Assembly (NCBI GenBank): GCA_049320885.1
Contig: JBMORA010000027.1
Coordinates: 32,001 to 96,000, forward strand
DNA length: 64,000 bases
Reading direction: 5' to 3'
Source: Thermodesulfobacteriota bacterium
GTDB lineage: Bacteria; Desulfobacterota; Desulfobacteria; Desulfobacterales; SURF-7
Shown piece by piece: positions 9,578-18,971 of this stretch. The notes beneath the pieces were generated by a model. It was not told the DNA's origin. It made no database searches and saw nothing but the letters and a program-made list of their open reading frames with translations. The position numbers were made by a program, and so were the translations under genes. The number at the start of each line of letters is the position of its first letter. The first letter of the stretch is position 1.

Positions 9578-10627
9578 TCAGGTGGAAAGGGTTTTGATGA
9601 GCACGCTCAGGTAAAAGCGGGCATGGCTGATATGGGCCGCCATGTTGGCCCGGTGATTGGCGAAGATGCTGTTCAGGCCGCTGTTGAGCACGATGACCGG
9701 ATCCACATGCCCCGCATGATGGCAGGATTCGATGGCGTGATGCAGGTCGCTGAGGCAGTTCCGGCGTTCCAGGGTCGCGTTGAAGTCCTTCTCCACCGCC
9801 TCCAGAATGGTGGCCATGGTGCTGGCCACGCCTTTGGAATAGTACAGATAATCGTCGGCCCTGAAAAAGCTGACCTCACTGCCGTTCTTTTCCGTGGCCT
9901 TGACCAGGTTGTCGTCACAAGAGCCCAGGAGATGCTCGAACTCGGCCAGGAGGGGGATCAGGTTGTCGGCCCGGGTATAAAAAGCGGCCTCGCCTTTCCG
10001 CAGTTTTTCCATGTAGGTCTCCAGTTCCTCCAGTCCGTCCTCATATTTCCGTTCCGGAGAGGGGAACCAGTAGCGCACCGCTTCCACCATGAAGCAGGAG
10101 CTGCGCGCGTTCTCCAGATTCTTGTCGAAGGCGGCCGTGCTGCCCGTGCGGGAGATGTTTTCCGTCAGCCGTTCCACGGTGCGCCGGGTGGTTTCAATGA
10201 CTCCCAACTGGAAATTGTTGATGTTGTCGGTAAAATCCAGAATATCGTTGGGACGCCAGCCCCAGAAGCGTTCGTCCAGTTCATGCCGCATGGGCGCAAT
10301 GACCGCCTGGACGAAGGCGATTCCCACGAAATCGTTTTCCGACAGGGCGGGCGTGAACGGCGTCACGGGAGTGATCTCCGGCTTCGAATGGGCGGAAGGC
10401 TGGGCGTGACCGGCGGGTTCCGGCGCCTCGCCGGCGGGTTCCGGGGCGCCGACGTGTTCCGCCCGGGGGGGGGCCAGATCCGCCGGCTTTGAAAAGCTGA
10501 GCACCAGCCCCACGATCCATATTCCTGTTACGGCAAGCAAAACGACGACGATCATCCGCTTGGTGGCATAGCGTTTAAATCCGGTTCCCTTGGCAGCGCC
10601 ATTGTCAATGCTGTTTCCCTGTTCCAT
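9578..10627 (-). CDS. DUF2333-like membrane-anchored protein
   Basis: N-terminal TM; GWRPND..., DNINNFQLGV, RADNL, ADDYLYYSKG, FANHRANMA. Confidence 0.75.
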   Translation of the reverse strand: MEQGNSIDNGAAKGTGFKRYATKRMIVVVLLAVTGIWIVGLVLSFSKPADLAPPRAEHVGAPEPAGEAPEPAGHAQPSAHSKPEITPVTPFTPALSENDFVGIAFVQAVIAPMRHELDERFWGWRPNDILDFTDNINNFQLGVIETTRRTVERLTENISRTGSTAAFDKNLENARSSCFMVEAVRYWFPSPERKYEDGLEELETYMEKLRKGEAAFYTRADNLIPLLAEFEHLLGSCDDNLVKATEKNGSEVSFFRADDYLYYSKGVASTMATILEAVEKDFNATLERRNCLSDLHHAIESCHHAGHVDPVIVLNSGLNSIFANHRANMAAHISHARFYLSVLIKTLST

Positions 10628-10811
10628 GGTAACTCCGTTCTGTGATGATTATCGGGTATGGGCATATGTACCCCGCTCCGACGATTCTGTCAATCGGCGG
10701 AGAGAAGTTCGTCATCGGCGGACGGACATGCCTGCTTCCACCTTTGATCCACGGTGTTCTCGGTTTATCGGCCTGGGGTGTTGCCGCCGTTCCTCCTTTC
10801 CTGCGCCGCCC

Positions 10812-12737
10812 TCAGGCGTTGCGGAGCTTCCGCAGATCGCCCACCCGGATGGTGACGTTCTGGGAGTCGAAAAATTCGAGCAGCGGAATAAGGTATTTCC
10901 GCGACACCTCGGTCATTTCCTTGAATTGCGGAGTCGAGAGTTCCCCCTTCGCCTTCAGGAAATCCACCAGCCGTGTTTTCAGGGACTCGATGGCCAGGCG
11001 GTGAAAATAGAGATCCTCCTTGACCTTGACGATCTCCCGCTGCTCCACCAGCAGCAGGAGTACGGCTTTGGCCGTGGCCGCGTCGATCTCGAGGGTTTTG
11101 CTCAGTTCCGTGAAATAGGGGGGGCTCAATTCCGCGGATTTATAAATGGCGACGATTTTCCGGCTCACTTCGGCCTGGTCGACGGCCAGGGAGACCGCAT
11201 GGTCGGCCAGGCGCACGCTGTCCTCGGCCTGGACGATCCGGCCGGACTTGACCAGCTGGCCCATCACCAGGTTGATCAGTTTGGCGTCGGGTTTTTCCGG
11301 CAGTTTCGACCGGAGTTCCTCCCGGGGCATACCGCCCTTCAGCGGGTTTTTCTTGTGATACTGCTCCAGGATCCCGATACAGGCGGTCTGCAATTCCCCG
11401 AAAGCGTCTCCATGCAGGAAAACCCGGTTCTCCTTGTCGATCTGGATGAGATGTTTCCGCGAGAGCAGCCCGGATATGGCGGTCTGGAGCTGTTTTTCCG
11501 GCAGGTTGGTCATGAGGATCAGGTCGGTGAAGGATACGCCGGCGAACCTCGCCTGTCCGGCATGAAATTCGATGAGGGCCTCCGCCGGGCCGTCGATCAG
11601 TTTTTCCAGACCGGCGATGATCTCCGGCTTGAAGCGTTTGTATTTGACGGGAATGGGATTCAGGACCTGGCCGCCGCCGATGGTGCGCACCGGGGAATAG
11701 CTCCGGATGACGAAGCGGTCCTGCTTGACCAGGGACACCGGCGTGTCCAGCCGGATCTGGACGATGGCCGTTTCCCCCGGCGCCAGCTCCTCCCGGTCCA
11801 GCAGGATGATGTTGCCCATGATTTCGCTGGTGCCGGTATGGAAGCGGACCCGGGTGCGGTTTTTCATGGGTTTTTCATTGCTGGACAGAAACTGAAGCTG
11901 CAGGTCGATCATGTAACCGGGCTTGAGGGTGTCCGGTCTGGCCAGGACATCGCCCCGGTTTACGGCGGTTTTTTCCAGGCCCTGGAAATTGATGGCCGTC
12001 CGCATGCCGCTGAAGGCGGTTTCGACGCTCTGGTTGTGGACCTGAATGCCGCGGACCTTGGAGGTGATCCGGGAGGGATACACCATGATGGTCTCCCCCA
12101 CGGCGATCCGGCCGGAAATCAGGCTGCCGGTGATCACCGTGCCGAAGCCCTTCATGCTGAAAACCCGGTCCACCGGCAGACGGAACAGGGTGGAGACCTC
12201 CTGGTCCGGTATCCGGGCGCTCAGTTGGTCCAGGGCGGTCAGCAGTTCCGGCAGGCCCTGGCCGGTAATGGAGGAAACGTTGACAATCGGCGCGCCTTCC
12301 AGGAAGGTGCCGCGCACGAAATCCCGCACGTCTTCGGTGGCCAGTTCCAGCATCTCCTCGTCCACCATGTCGACCTTGGTCAGCACCACCAGTCCGTAGC
12401 GGATATCCAGCAGGGAGCAGATTTCCATGTGTTCGCGGGTCTGGGGCATGACGCCTTCGTCGGCCGCGATGACCATGGCCACCAGATCGATGCCGGTGGC
12501 GCCGGCCACCATGTTTTTCACGAATTTCTCATGGCCCGGGACGTCCACGATGCCCAGGTGCTGACCGCTGGGCAGATCCAGGGCCGCAAACCCCAACTCG
12601 ATGGTGATGCCCCGCTCTTTTTCTTCCTTCAGGCGGTCCGTGTCCGTGCCGGTGAGGGCCTTGATCAGGCTGGTCTTGCCGTGATCGATGTGGCCGGCGG
12701 TTCCGAGAATGATCTGCTTCATTTGGTTTTCAGCCAT
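10812..12737 (-). CDS. selB: Selenocysteine-specific translation elongation factor
   Basis: [24 protein letters not shown]-terminal winged helices ending [13 protein letters not shown]; start 12737 or 12722. Confidence 0.96.
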   Translation of the reverse strand: MAENQMKQIILGTAGHIDHGKTSLIKALTGTDTDRLKEEKERGITIELGFAALDLPSGQHLGIVDVPGHEKFVKNMVAGATGIDLVAMVIAADEGVMPQTREHMEICSLLDIRYGLVVLTKVDMVDEEMLELATEDVRDFVRGTFLEGAPIVNVSSITGQGLPELLTALDQLSARIPDQEVSTLFRLPVDRVFSMKGFGTVITGSLISGRIAVGETIMVYPSRITSKVRGIQVHNQSVETAFSGMRTAINFQGLEKTAVNRGDVLARPDTLKPGYMIDLQLQFLSSNEKPMKNRTRVRFHTGTSEIMGNIILLDREELAPGETAIVQIRLDTPVSLVKQDRFVIRSYSPVRTIGGGQVLNPIPVKYKRFKPEIIAGLEKLIDGPAEALIEFHAGQARFAGVSFTDLILMTNLPEKQLQTAISGLLSRKHLIQIDKENRVFLHGDAFGELQTACIGILEQYHKKNPLKGGMPREELRSKLPEKPDAKLINLVMGQLVKSGRIVQAEDSVRLADHAVSLAVDQAEVSRKIVAIYKSAELSPPYFTELSKTLEIDAATAKAVLLLLVEQREIVKVKEDLYFHRLAIESLKTRLVDFLKAKGELSTPQFKEMTEVSRKYLIPLLEFFDSQNVTIRVGDLRKLRNA

Positions 12738-12903
12738 CCCTGTGCTTTTTGATATATTCAAAATAATAGGCCATTCCCACCATGAAGGCGGCCAGTCCAA
12801 TGGAATACCCGATGGGCTTCTGCGGATAAAACATCCGCACCAGCAGAATGGCGAACATGACACCCAGAACGGCGCGGATCAGAAAAACAGAGAATCGGTG
12901 CAC
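12730..12903 (-). CDS. Small two-TM membrane protein, 57 aa (absent from the ORF track)
   Basis: GAGGAG RBS, GTG start, [57 protein letters not shown]; stop overlaps the selB start region. Confidence 0.65.
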   Translation of the reverse strand: MHRFSVFLIRAVLGVMFAILLVRMFYPQKPIGYSIGLAAFMVGMAYYFEYIKKHRDG

Positions 12904-13072
12904 ACGGTCTCCTCGGCTTGCGGGACTGAAAACCTATTGGAAATGGACGAAAAAACAATAAACCCGGAGGTAGATTATATAATATGGCCACATCGGTCAA
13001 TACCAAGTTTCCGGCGCGGGATGCTCCCCGGGGCGGCTTTTCGGGAAAAGCGTCCGGCCATGTCGAAATCCC

Positions 13073-13101
13073 TTGAAATGGGTGAAACGATCTGCTAAAA
13101 G
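13073..13101 (+). promoter_or_regulatory. Candidate sigma-70 promoter of the tRNA pair
   Basis: TTGAAA-N17-TAAAAG with a TG extended -10, 14 nt before tRNA-His. Confidence 0.45.
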
Positions 13102-13115
13102 AATCTATTTTTCAC

Positions 13116-13192
13116 GGTGGGTGTAGCTCAGTTGGCAGAGCACTTGGTTGTGGCCCAAGTGGTCGTGGGTTCAAGTCCCATCACTCACCCCA
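13116..13192 (+). tRNA. tRNA-His (GUG)
   Basis: Cloverleaf with encoded G-1:C73 pair, anticodon loop TTGTGGC, GGTTCAAGT T-loop, encoded CCA. Confidence 0.96.
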
Positions 13193-13203
13193 CAAGCCGA
13201 CCG

Positions 13204-13240
13204 AACCACCGCGGCGGAGCCGATCCCCGCGGTGGTTTTC
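13204..13240 (+). other. Stable hairpin in the inter-tRNA spacer (processing signal or terminator)
   Basis: aaccaccgcgg...ccgcggtggtt inverted repeat followed by TTC. Confidence 0.5.
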
Positions 13241-13248
13241 TCGTCTCC

Positions 13249-13325
13249 GCGCCCGTAGCTCAGCTGGATAGAGCACCGGACTTCGAATCCGTAGGCCGGG
13301 GGTTCGAATCCCTCCGGGCGCGCCA
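13249..13325 (+). tRNA. tRNA-Arg (UCG); integration target
   Basis: Acceptor stem GCGCCCG/CGGGCGC, anticodon loop CTTCGAA, GGTTCGAATCC, encoded CCA. Confidence 0.95.
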
Positions 13326-13329
13326 TTTA
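13281..13329 (+). repeat. attL core (49 bp)
   Basis: cttcgaatccgtaggccgggggttcgaatccctccgggcgcgccattta, identical to 25550-25598; begins at the anticodon loop. Confidence 0.95.
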
Positions 13330-13339
13330 TTTCAATGGG

Positions 13340-14467
13340 TTACAGGGTTGTTGGGCAGACCCCATTTTGCTGGTGTGGGACTTGGTGTGGGACTTTTTTG
13401 GAAACGTCCCCTGAAAAGTGCCTGTCGAAGACACTCATGGCATCCCTTTCCGCATTCCCGATTGAATGAAGATAGATTTCCGTTGTTGTCCTGTTTTCAT
13501 GTCCGAGAATCCGTTGAATGGACCCGATGGGGATGTTTTCCTGATCGAGCATCGATGCGCCGAAATGCCGCAGGGCATGAAAGCGGAAATACCGGACTCC
13601 CGCCTTGTCGCACAGATACCGCATGATCTGGCTTCGATCCTTGTAACGCTTATCGATCCAACTTCGGCTTTTTCTGTCAAAATACCGGTGCCAGAACACC
13701 CAGGGTTTCATTCCATCCCGATTTTCGTAGCGCCGCCGCATGATGTCATACAGGCTGCCGCACATCGGAATCTTGCGGGGCGTTAAATGGCCGCCGCGCT
13801 TTTTGCGGGTGTACAGGATAACCGACCTGGTTTCAAGGTTCACATCCTGCCACGTCAGGCGGTTTATTTCGCTCATTCTGCCCATGGTAAGGGCAATGGT
13901 CCAAAGGTAATCCTGCGTGTCCGTATCGGCCGCTGAAATCACCTTGAGAACGTCTTCTTTCGGCGGTACGTATTTGATCTTCTTTTCCACCGGAAAAAAC
14001 GCAATGCCCCGTGTGGGATTCCGTTGCATCCATTCGCGGGTTGGATGCATGGCGAAATTGAAAAGCGCCCTGAGCATTCTAAGATCCTTGTTGGCGGTAT
14101 AGCCCGATGTCTTGCGAAAACGCTTGAGCAGGAACTCTTGTATCGATGCCGGCGTGATGTCCCCGCACTTACATTTTCCCCATTGCTTGATCCACCGCTT
14201 GGCCAGATAGATATGGTCTGAATAATGCCGTTCCGAATTATACGCTTTCACATAATCCAGGCGGTGATTCACCAGATCCAAGAAGGCCATGTCGGTTGGG
14301 ATCGCCGGTTCCTCGGTCTGAATCTTCGGGTTTTGAATTTCCTCCCTTCTGGTTGCTTCGGCCTGTCTGGCTTCGCGTTTGTTTTTGAATCCGGCTTGCG
14401 TGTAGCGCATGCCGCTCAGGACAAAATCGTAACGCCACGACTTGCCCTTGACCGAAAATACACTCAT
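13340..14467 (-). CDS. Tyrosine recombinase/site-specific integrase
   Basis: TMGRMSE (R), FHALRH (HxxR), LGH...TTEIY (H, Y) catalytic motifs; AAGGAGG RBS. Confidence 0.95.
   Translation of the reverse strand: MSVFSVKGKSWRYDFVLSGMRYTQAGFKNKREARQAEATRREEIQNPKIQTEEPAIPTDMAFLDLVNHRLDYVKAYNSERHYSDHIYLAKRWIKQWGKCKCGDITPASIQEFLLKRFRKTSGYTANKDLRMLRALFNFAMHPTREWMQRNPTRGIAFFPVEKKIKYVPPKEDVLKVISAADTDTQDYLWTIALTMGRMSEINRLTWQDVNLETRSVILYTRKKRGGHLTPRKIPMCGSLYDIMRRRYENRDGMKPWVFWHRYFDRKSRSWIDKRYKDRSQIMRYLCDKAGVRYFRFHALRHFGASMLDQENIPIGSIQRILGHENRTTTEIYLHSIGNAERDAMSVFDRHFSGDVSKKVPHQVPHQQNGVCPTTL
13371..13392 (+). repeat. Putative integrase arm-type sites, left (TGGTGTGGGA x2)
   Basis: Two direct copies inside the integrase 3' end; the same motif recurs near attR. 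Confidence 0.7.
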
Positions 14468-14612
14468 AGAGATCCTCCTTATTCGGGAAGAACAGAGAAC
14501 CTCCGAGTTTCCTGCCGCCCAGCGCTTTCCAGTTTTTATAAACCCAACTGTTGCTTTTCCGGAGCAACCGGGCGACCTCCTCGATGGTCATTATGGCCGG
14601 ATCGTTTTTCAT
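14238..14612 (-). CDS. Excisionase-like HTH protein overlapping the integrase 5' end
   Basis: IMTIEEVARLLRKSNSWVYK resembles Xis/MerR-like winged HTH; directly upstream of int. Confidence 0.65.
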   Translation of the reverse strand: MKNDPAIMTIEEVARLLRKSNSWVYKNWKALGGRKLGGSLFFPNKEDLYECIFGQGQVVALRFCPERHALHASRIQKQTRSQTGRSNQKGGNSKPEDSDRGTGDPNRHGLLGSGESPPGLCESV

Positions 14613-14782
14613 GTCAATATTTTCGTTCGCCACAATCAAGGTCCATGAGGTCTCGGAGGTTGTTTTTCTTCGTAAATAGGCGGTCTCGCGTCTTCGGTTC
14701 AAAGTAGCATCACCCGCCAACCTGTTCAAGGCCAAGCGTTGTGGCCTTTTTCCGTTCAATTGGGGTATTGCCGCCGCCTGGT

Positions 14783-16282
14783 CTATTCGGGAGGCCCGCC
14801 CTGATCTTGACCATCACCGGCCAGCCTTGAGCAGGTTGGCGGCTGATGCTGGAGGGGACACAGGCGACGGCGAGAGGACTGGCGGCCGGTCAGCTCTGGC
14901 TCAAGGACTTTCACCGGCTTGGCCGGCCGCAGATACGGGAAACCGTTTTCCTGCCTTTCAGCCCGAACTCTGTCGGCTTTGGCTTCGTCGCGCCGGTATC
15001 TGGCTTCTTTTTTCCGGATATCGTCCTTGATGACATTACGATCAATTTTCAACTGTCTCATTTCTTCCATGAGTGGTTTGATGATATCGCCTACATGGGT
15101 TAATTGTGCGTCGCTGTTGCCGGACACGGCATGAATGGAAGTGAGGATGCCGTATGCCTGGAAAGCCAATTTGCTTCTATCCTGTTGCATCGCTTTTGCC
15201 CGGATAATCGGCTTCGGTTTTTGGCTCCCGTTAAACCCTTCTGTAATCTTGATCCACCAATCGAGATCCTTTCTTTGGGTGTGATGCTTTCCCGGGTTGT
15301 CCTGGAATCGCAACCATTTTTGGGTGCAATATCCCCAGATATTTTTCGTATGGTTGAATAAATCTTCAATTGTGTGGATGTTCAATTCATTCATTGCCTG
15401 ACGTCTAAGCTGGAATTCGGTTCGGATGATCTTCTTTCCGGAAGGAACTCTTTTTATACCCCAGATTGAATACATCCATTCTTTGGATTTCTTGATTTTG
15501 ATTTCAAGGGGCTTGTCATACAGCCTGGCGCATAAATGGCCTTTCCCGATGCTGATCCCGGTTAAATCGGCATTATGCAAATGTGACGCGGCGTATTTGG
15601 AGCGCGTTACCCGGTTATGAATTATGTCCATCGTCCATTTGTCGGCGTCCATCAATAAATCCAGACATACATCGACTCTGCTCGGTTTTATTTCCGTGAT
15701 GAAACCGCCACGATATTCTATGAATTCGATTATCCGATTGACGGATTCTTCGGGGCCGTGATTCCATAGGGGTTCCGAGCGGATTTCCACCATGATGCTC
15801 GGTCTTGATTTCGGATGAGTCCAGTTTCCTATTTTCAAGTTGTATTCTTTATTCTGGATCATCCATTCATACCCCTTTGACCCATGGGCCATGATTTCAA
15901 ATATCCATTTTTCATCTGTTTTTTCTCTATCAAAATGAATAGCCTGTGGTTCGTCGTGGAATGCCGACAGCTTTTTCCCTTCCTCCAGTTTTTCGAAAAA
16001 GCGTTGATTTTGCCATATGGTGTTGATGGCAAGATAGAGAGTGTCAATTCCTGATGAGAGGACAGGACCGAGTCGAACCGGAGAGGGAGTCACCTTTACG
16101 GGGGGGCTGATAGTCGTTCGCCCCCCACCGGGGATTGAAACAGGTTCCGGGGGCGGGGGCTGTCCGGCTTCCTCGCTGGAGCGCTCGTCAGCGGCCCAGC
16201 CGGTTGAATGCAGGGGTTGATTTTCTGGGGTGATACTGGTTTTTGACTGTTGGGGTCCGTTTGTGAAGTTTGTTGTTTTCAT
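14783..16282 (-). CDS. Rep_trans-like rolling-circle replication initiator/relaxase
   Basis: GIDTLY, SRVDVCLD, TGISIG...RLYDK, RTEFQLRR motifs typical of the Rep_trans (replication initiation factor) family; start uncertain. Confidence 0.75.
   Translation of the reverse strand: MKTTNFTNGPQQSKTSITPENQPLHSTGWAADERSSEEAGQPPPPEPVSIPGGGRTTISPPVKVTPSPVRLGPVLSSGIDTLYLAINTIWQNQRFFEKLEEGKKLSAFHDEPQAIHFDREKTDEKWIFEIMAHGSKGYEWMIQNKEYNLKIGNWTHPKSRPSIMVEIRSEPLWNHGPEESVNRIIEFIEYRGGFITEIKPSRVDVCLDLLMDADKWTMDIIHNRVTRSKYAASHLHNADLTGISIGKGHLCARLYDKPLEIKIKKSKEWMYSIWGIKRVPSGKKIIRTEFQLRRQAMNELNIHTIEDLFNHTKNIWGYCTQKWLRFQDNPGKHHTQRKDLDWWIKITEGFNGSQKPKPIIRAKAMQQDRSKLAFQAYGILTSIHAVSGNSDAQLTHVGDIIKPLMEEMRQLKIDRNVIKDDIRKKEARYRRDEAKADRVRAERQENGFPYLRPAKPVKVLEPELTGRQSSRRRLCPLQHQPPTCSRLAGDGQDQGGPPE
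16101..16126 (-). other. Candidate double-strand origin/nick-site hairpin
   Basis: GGGGGGC-GAACGACTATCA-GCCCCCC on the coding strand at the 5' end of rep. Confidence 0.45.
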
Positions 16283-16331
16283 GCCGTGTGATTAAACACA
16301 GCTTTTCAACAAAGACCCGGACAGGAAAAAA

Positions 16332-17291
16332 TTATTTTTTGTCCGATTGAAATGAATTCAACCAGATTTTTCTTTCACGTTGAATTGCCTTTGCAAAGGC
16401 TTCGGGGCTTTCTGGTAAATCTGGATCAATCTCCGGACCGCCTGAATCCATTTGAACAGCATCGAACAATTGACGAATTTCGGGTTCTGTCAGTTTCGCA
16501 TTAAACAATTGACTTGCTGCAGAAACCAAGCCGGCCACGTAACATTTTACGCTTTTTGGGGTTATGGTTTTTATGGGTGCTTTACTAAGTGCGGATGTTA
16601 TGACGCTATAGGTTCGATTGTTTTTTCTCCATCTTGATTTATGGAATATGTCGGCGATTCTTGGTTCATGAATTAATGAAGAATCGATTCGTAATAGTTT
16701 ATCAAGTGCATCTATGTTTCCACTTCTTGCCTTTCGCAAGAGGATTCCAGGTGGTTTTTGATGAAAAAACCAGCATGGTACCACAACTCTGTAAAAAAAT
16801 ATTATTTCGGGATCTTTTATTTCTCCTTCAATTTTTGGTTGTATTTCTTCATTATTTTTACTTGGAAAATCTTCTTCTATGTCTTTATAACTTATTTGTA
16901 AAAAATCCTTACAACAATTTGAATTCTCTTTTTTTTCTTCAAGAATCAATTTATCTATTTCGTTTTTTAGCATTTCATTTAATGTTTTTGATCCTGTTCT
17001 TCTCATTTTTTTTCGGAATAAATTAAATATTTTAATGAATATTATACTAATTTCAGCGAATTCATATTTTGCGGCAAAGAAATTTTCTAAAGTATTTATT
17101 ACTGTTCGATTTTTTTTGTATAGAGAAATCCATAATTTTTTGTCTGGTGGGGTTTCATTTGGAGTAAGTTTTTCACCAGATTTCCATATTTTTAATATTG
17201 AATAGATAGCACTTGAGCTTACAACTGCTTGTGTAGCTACGATTGCAATAAATACTGGTTTGTTTTCACACCATTTTTTAATATTATTCAT
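16332..17291 (-). CDS. Hypothetical protein, probable element backbone gene
   Basis: 319-aa AT-rich ORF directly upstream of rep; not followed by an attC. Confidence 0.7.
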   Translation of the reverse strand: MNNIKKWCENKPVFIAIVATQAVVSSSAIYSILKIWKSGEKLTPNETPPDKKLWISLYKKNRTVINTLENFFAAKYEFAEISIIFIKIFNLFRKKMRRTGSKTLNEMLKNEIDKLILEEKKENSNCCKDFLQISYKDIEEDFPSKNNEEIQPKIEGEIKDPEIIFFYRVVVPCWFFHQKPPGILLRKARSGNIDALDKLLRIDSSLIHEPRIADIFHKSRWRKNNRTYSVITSALSKAPIKTITPKSVKCYVAGLVSAASQLFNAKLTEPEIRQLFDAVQMDSGGPEIDPDLPESPEAFAKAIQRERKIWLNSFQSDKK

Positions 17292-17300
17292 AAATAGAAT

Positions 17301-17354
17301 CGCCGCTAATCAGCCGCGCGGAATTTTGCGTCGGCTGAATTAGCATTGTTAGCC
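17301..17354 (-). other. attC site of the R-M cassette (R' is non-canonical G|AT)
   Basis: Minus strand GGCTAAC-AAT-GCTAATTCAGCCG...CGGCTGATTAGC-GGC-G|ATTCTA; one extrahelical base in the L box. Confidence 0.8.
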
Positions 17355-17360
17355 ATTGCC

Positions 17361-18971
17361 TTATTTTTTTGATCTATTCAATCTTCTATTAGATAATTTC
17401 TTCCAAATACTATCCGCAAGCTCTATTTCCTTGTCGGTAAAGCCGTATCCTTTTTTTAGAATTTGCTCATTCGTAATATTCAAAATTTCGTCTATTGGCT
17501 TTTTGGCGCGCATCATCCTATCTATCTGATTAAGCAATGCTTCATTTCCTATTTTATATGGAAGCAGAATTTTCCCAGCTTCACTAGGCATTAATTCCAA
17601 TACTCCACCACCATAAGAGCGTCCGGTAATTTCGGAGAATGCCAATGAAAGTGAATTGTAAAAACTCGCTACAAAGGCTTTGATGTTGGTTTTTGGCTTT
17701 ACAAATACTCGATGCATGGTGTCGGTGGTGTAAGCACCTACTTCGTTCAAAATTAATTTTGGGTAAAGATTATTTCTCCTGATAAAAAGTGCTTGTGATA
17801 ATTTGATGGAAGGCACAACAAACCAGTCATCCCGAATGCCTGTTTTGTAGCCCTTGTTGATTCCCACAGACTCGCCCAACGAGATATAGGTAGTTGCTCC
17901 TTTATGCCTATTTAATTCTTTCTTTGGAGGGAAAATGAGCAAATGCGTACGGGCTCTGGTCAAGCGGTTTCTTTTCCAATCTTCTTCGTTGAAAACAATG
18001 CTATTTACCTGCACACTTCGGCCCACCATAGGTTTGGCATATTCATGCAGGCTGTATGCTTCCACTACAGGTAAAGGCACGGTGAAATAGTTGTTTGCAC
18101 CCGTGGTAATACCTACTTCAACTTTTGCATAGTCTGCAATTTTTGGAATAAATTTTTTCTGGGCGACTGTTTCCAAAAAGTTAATTTCTTCCTGTTGCAA
18201 AAAATAAAATGTCCACTTGTTGCTTTTAAAATCTATCTGCTTTTGTGGACTTTGAAGCTTGTTTACTTCCAGTGCTTCCAGTTCGGATGCATCAGTTATT
18301 TCTAAATGCTCAATAAAGTGGCTGTCCGTTCCATTTTTCTCACAAAGCAGTAATACAACCTCTTGCTGTATATCAGGGAATACCAGCTTTTTAAATGAGA
18401 CGATATTGATCTTGTTGTAAAAATGAGCCAAAAACTCCCGTAGTTGTTGAGCATAAGAAACCTGTAATATTTCCGCTGGAACAACAAAGCCGATTTTCCC
18501 CTTCTCCTTTAATAGTAAGCTTGAACCGACTACAAAGGAAACCCATGCATTGGTGAGCTTAGTGTATTTAAGACCTGCTTTGTTAAATATTTTAGTTGCT
18601 TCTATCTGCTGCGCCTCATCAAAATATTGATAACGTATGTAAGGTGGATTACCGACCACAAAATCAAAACATTCAGTAGTTTCATTGCAATAGAGATGAA
18701 AGTCTGTGTTAATAACCGTTTTGCTTCCAAGTTGTAGTTTATCGGCTTTTTTAGCTTCTGCTTCATCAAATTCAATAGCCGTGATCTTATTAAATTTATG
18801 CTTCTGCTCCTTTAACTGTTTCAGAAAAACACCTTCACCGCAGCTCGGTTCCAAAATATCGTAGGATGAACTACCGTTAATGCCCCATTTCAAAATAAAT
18901 GCGGCAATAGGTTCGGGGGTATAAAATCCACCTCTAAGTTTCTCTGCTGATGCGTGTTTAATTAGCTTCAT
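17361..18971 (-). CDS. Companion N6-adenine DNA methyltransferase (M.Eco57I/M.AcuI-like)
   Basis: GGFYTP, LEPSCGEG (motif I), VGNPPY (motif IV), YGGGVLELMPSE; overlaps the R-M gene stop. Confidence 0.9.
   Translation of the reverse strand: MKLIKHASAEKLRGGFYTPEPIAAFILKWGINGSSSYDILEPSCGEGVFLKQLKEQKHKFNKITAIEFDEAEAKKADKLQLGSKTVINTDFHLYCNETTECFDFVVGNPPYIRYQYFDEAQQIEATKIFNKAGLKYTKLTNAWVSFVVGSSLLLKEKGKIGFVVPAEILQVSYAQQLREFLAHFYNKINIVSFKKLVFPDIQQEVVLLLCEKNGTDSHFIEHLEITDASELEALEVNKLQSPQKQIDFKSNKWTFYFLQQEEINFLETVAQKKFIPKIADYAKVEVGITTGANNYFTVPLPVVEAYSLHEYAKPMVGRSVQVNSIVFNEEDWKRNRLTRARTHLLIFPPKKELNRHKGATTYISLGESVGINKGYKTGIRDDWFVVPSIKLSQALFIRRNNLYPKLILNEVGAYTTDTMHRVFVKPKTNIKAFVASFYNSLSLAFSEITGRSYGGGVLELMPSEAGKILLPYKIGNEALLNQIDRMMRAKKPIDEILNITNEQILKKGYGFTDKEIELADSIWKKLSNRRLNRSKK

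Noticed and set aside
13276..13292. C:U mismatch at the top of the tRNA-Arg anticodon stem as integration damage
   Set aside because: Both att copies have the same 3' strand, and a mismatch at this position is tolerated in tRNAs.
13117..13626. 169-aa plus-strand ORF
   Set aside because: It reads through two tRNA genes and is antisense to the integrase.
13340..14467. Integrase as an integron integrase (IntI)
   Set aside because: No IntI-type insertion or motifs are visible; it is adjacent to the tRNA att site with arm repeats and lies downstream of, and co-oriented with, the array.
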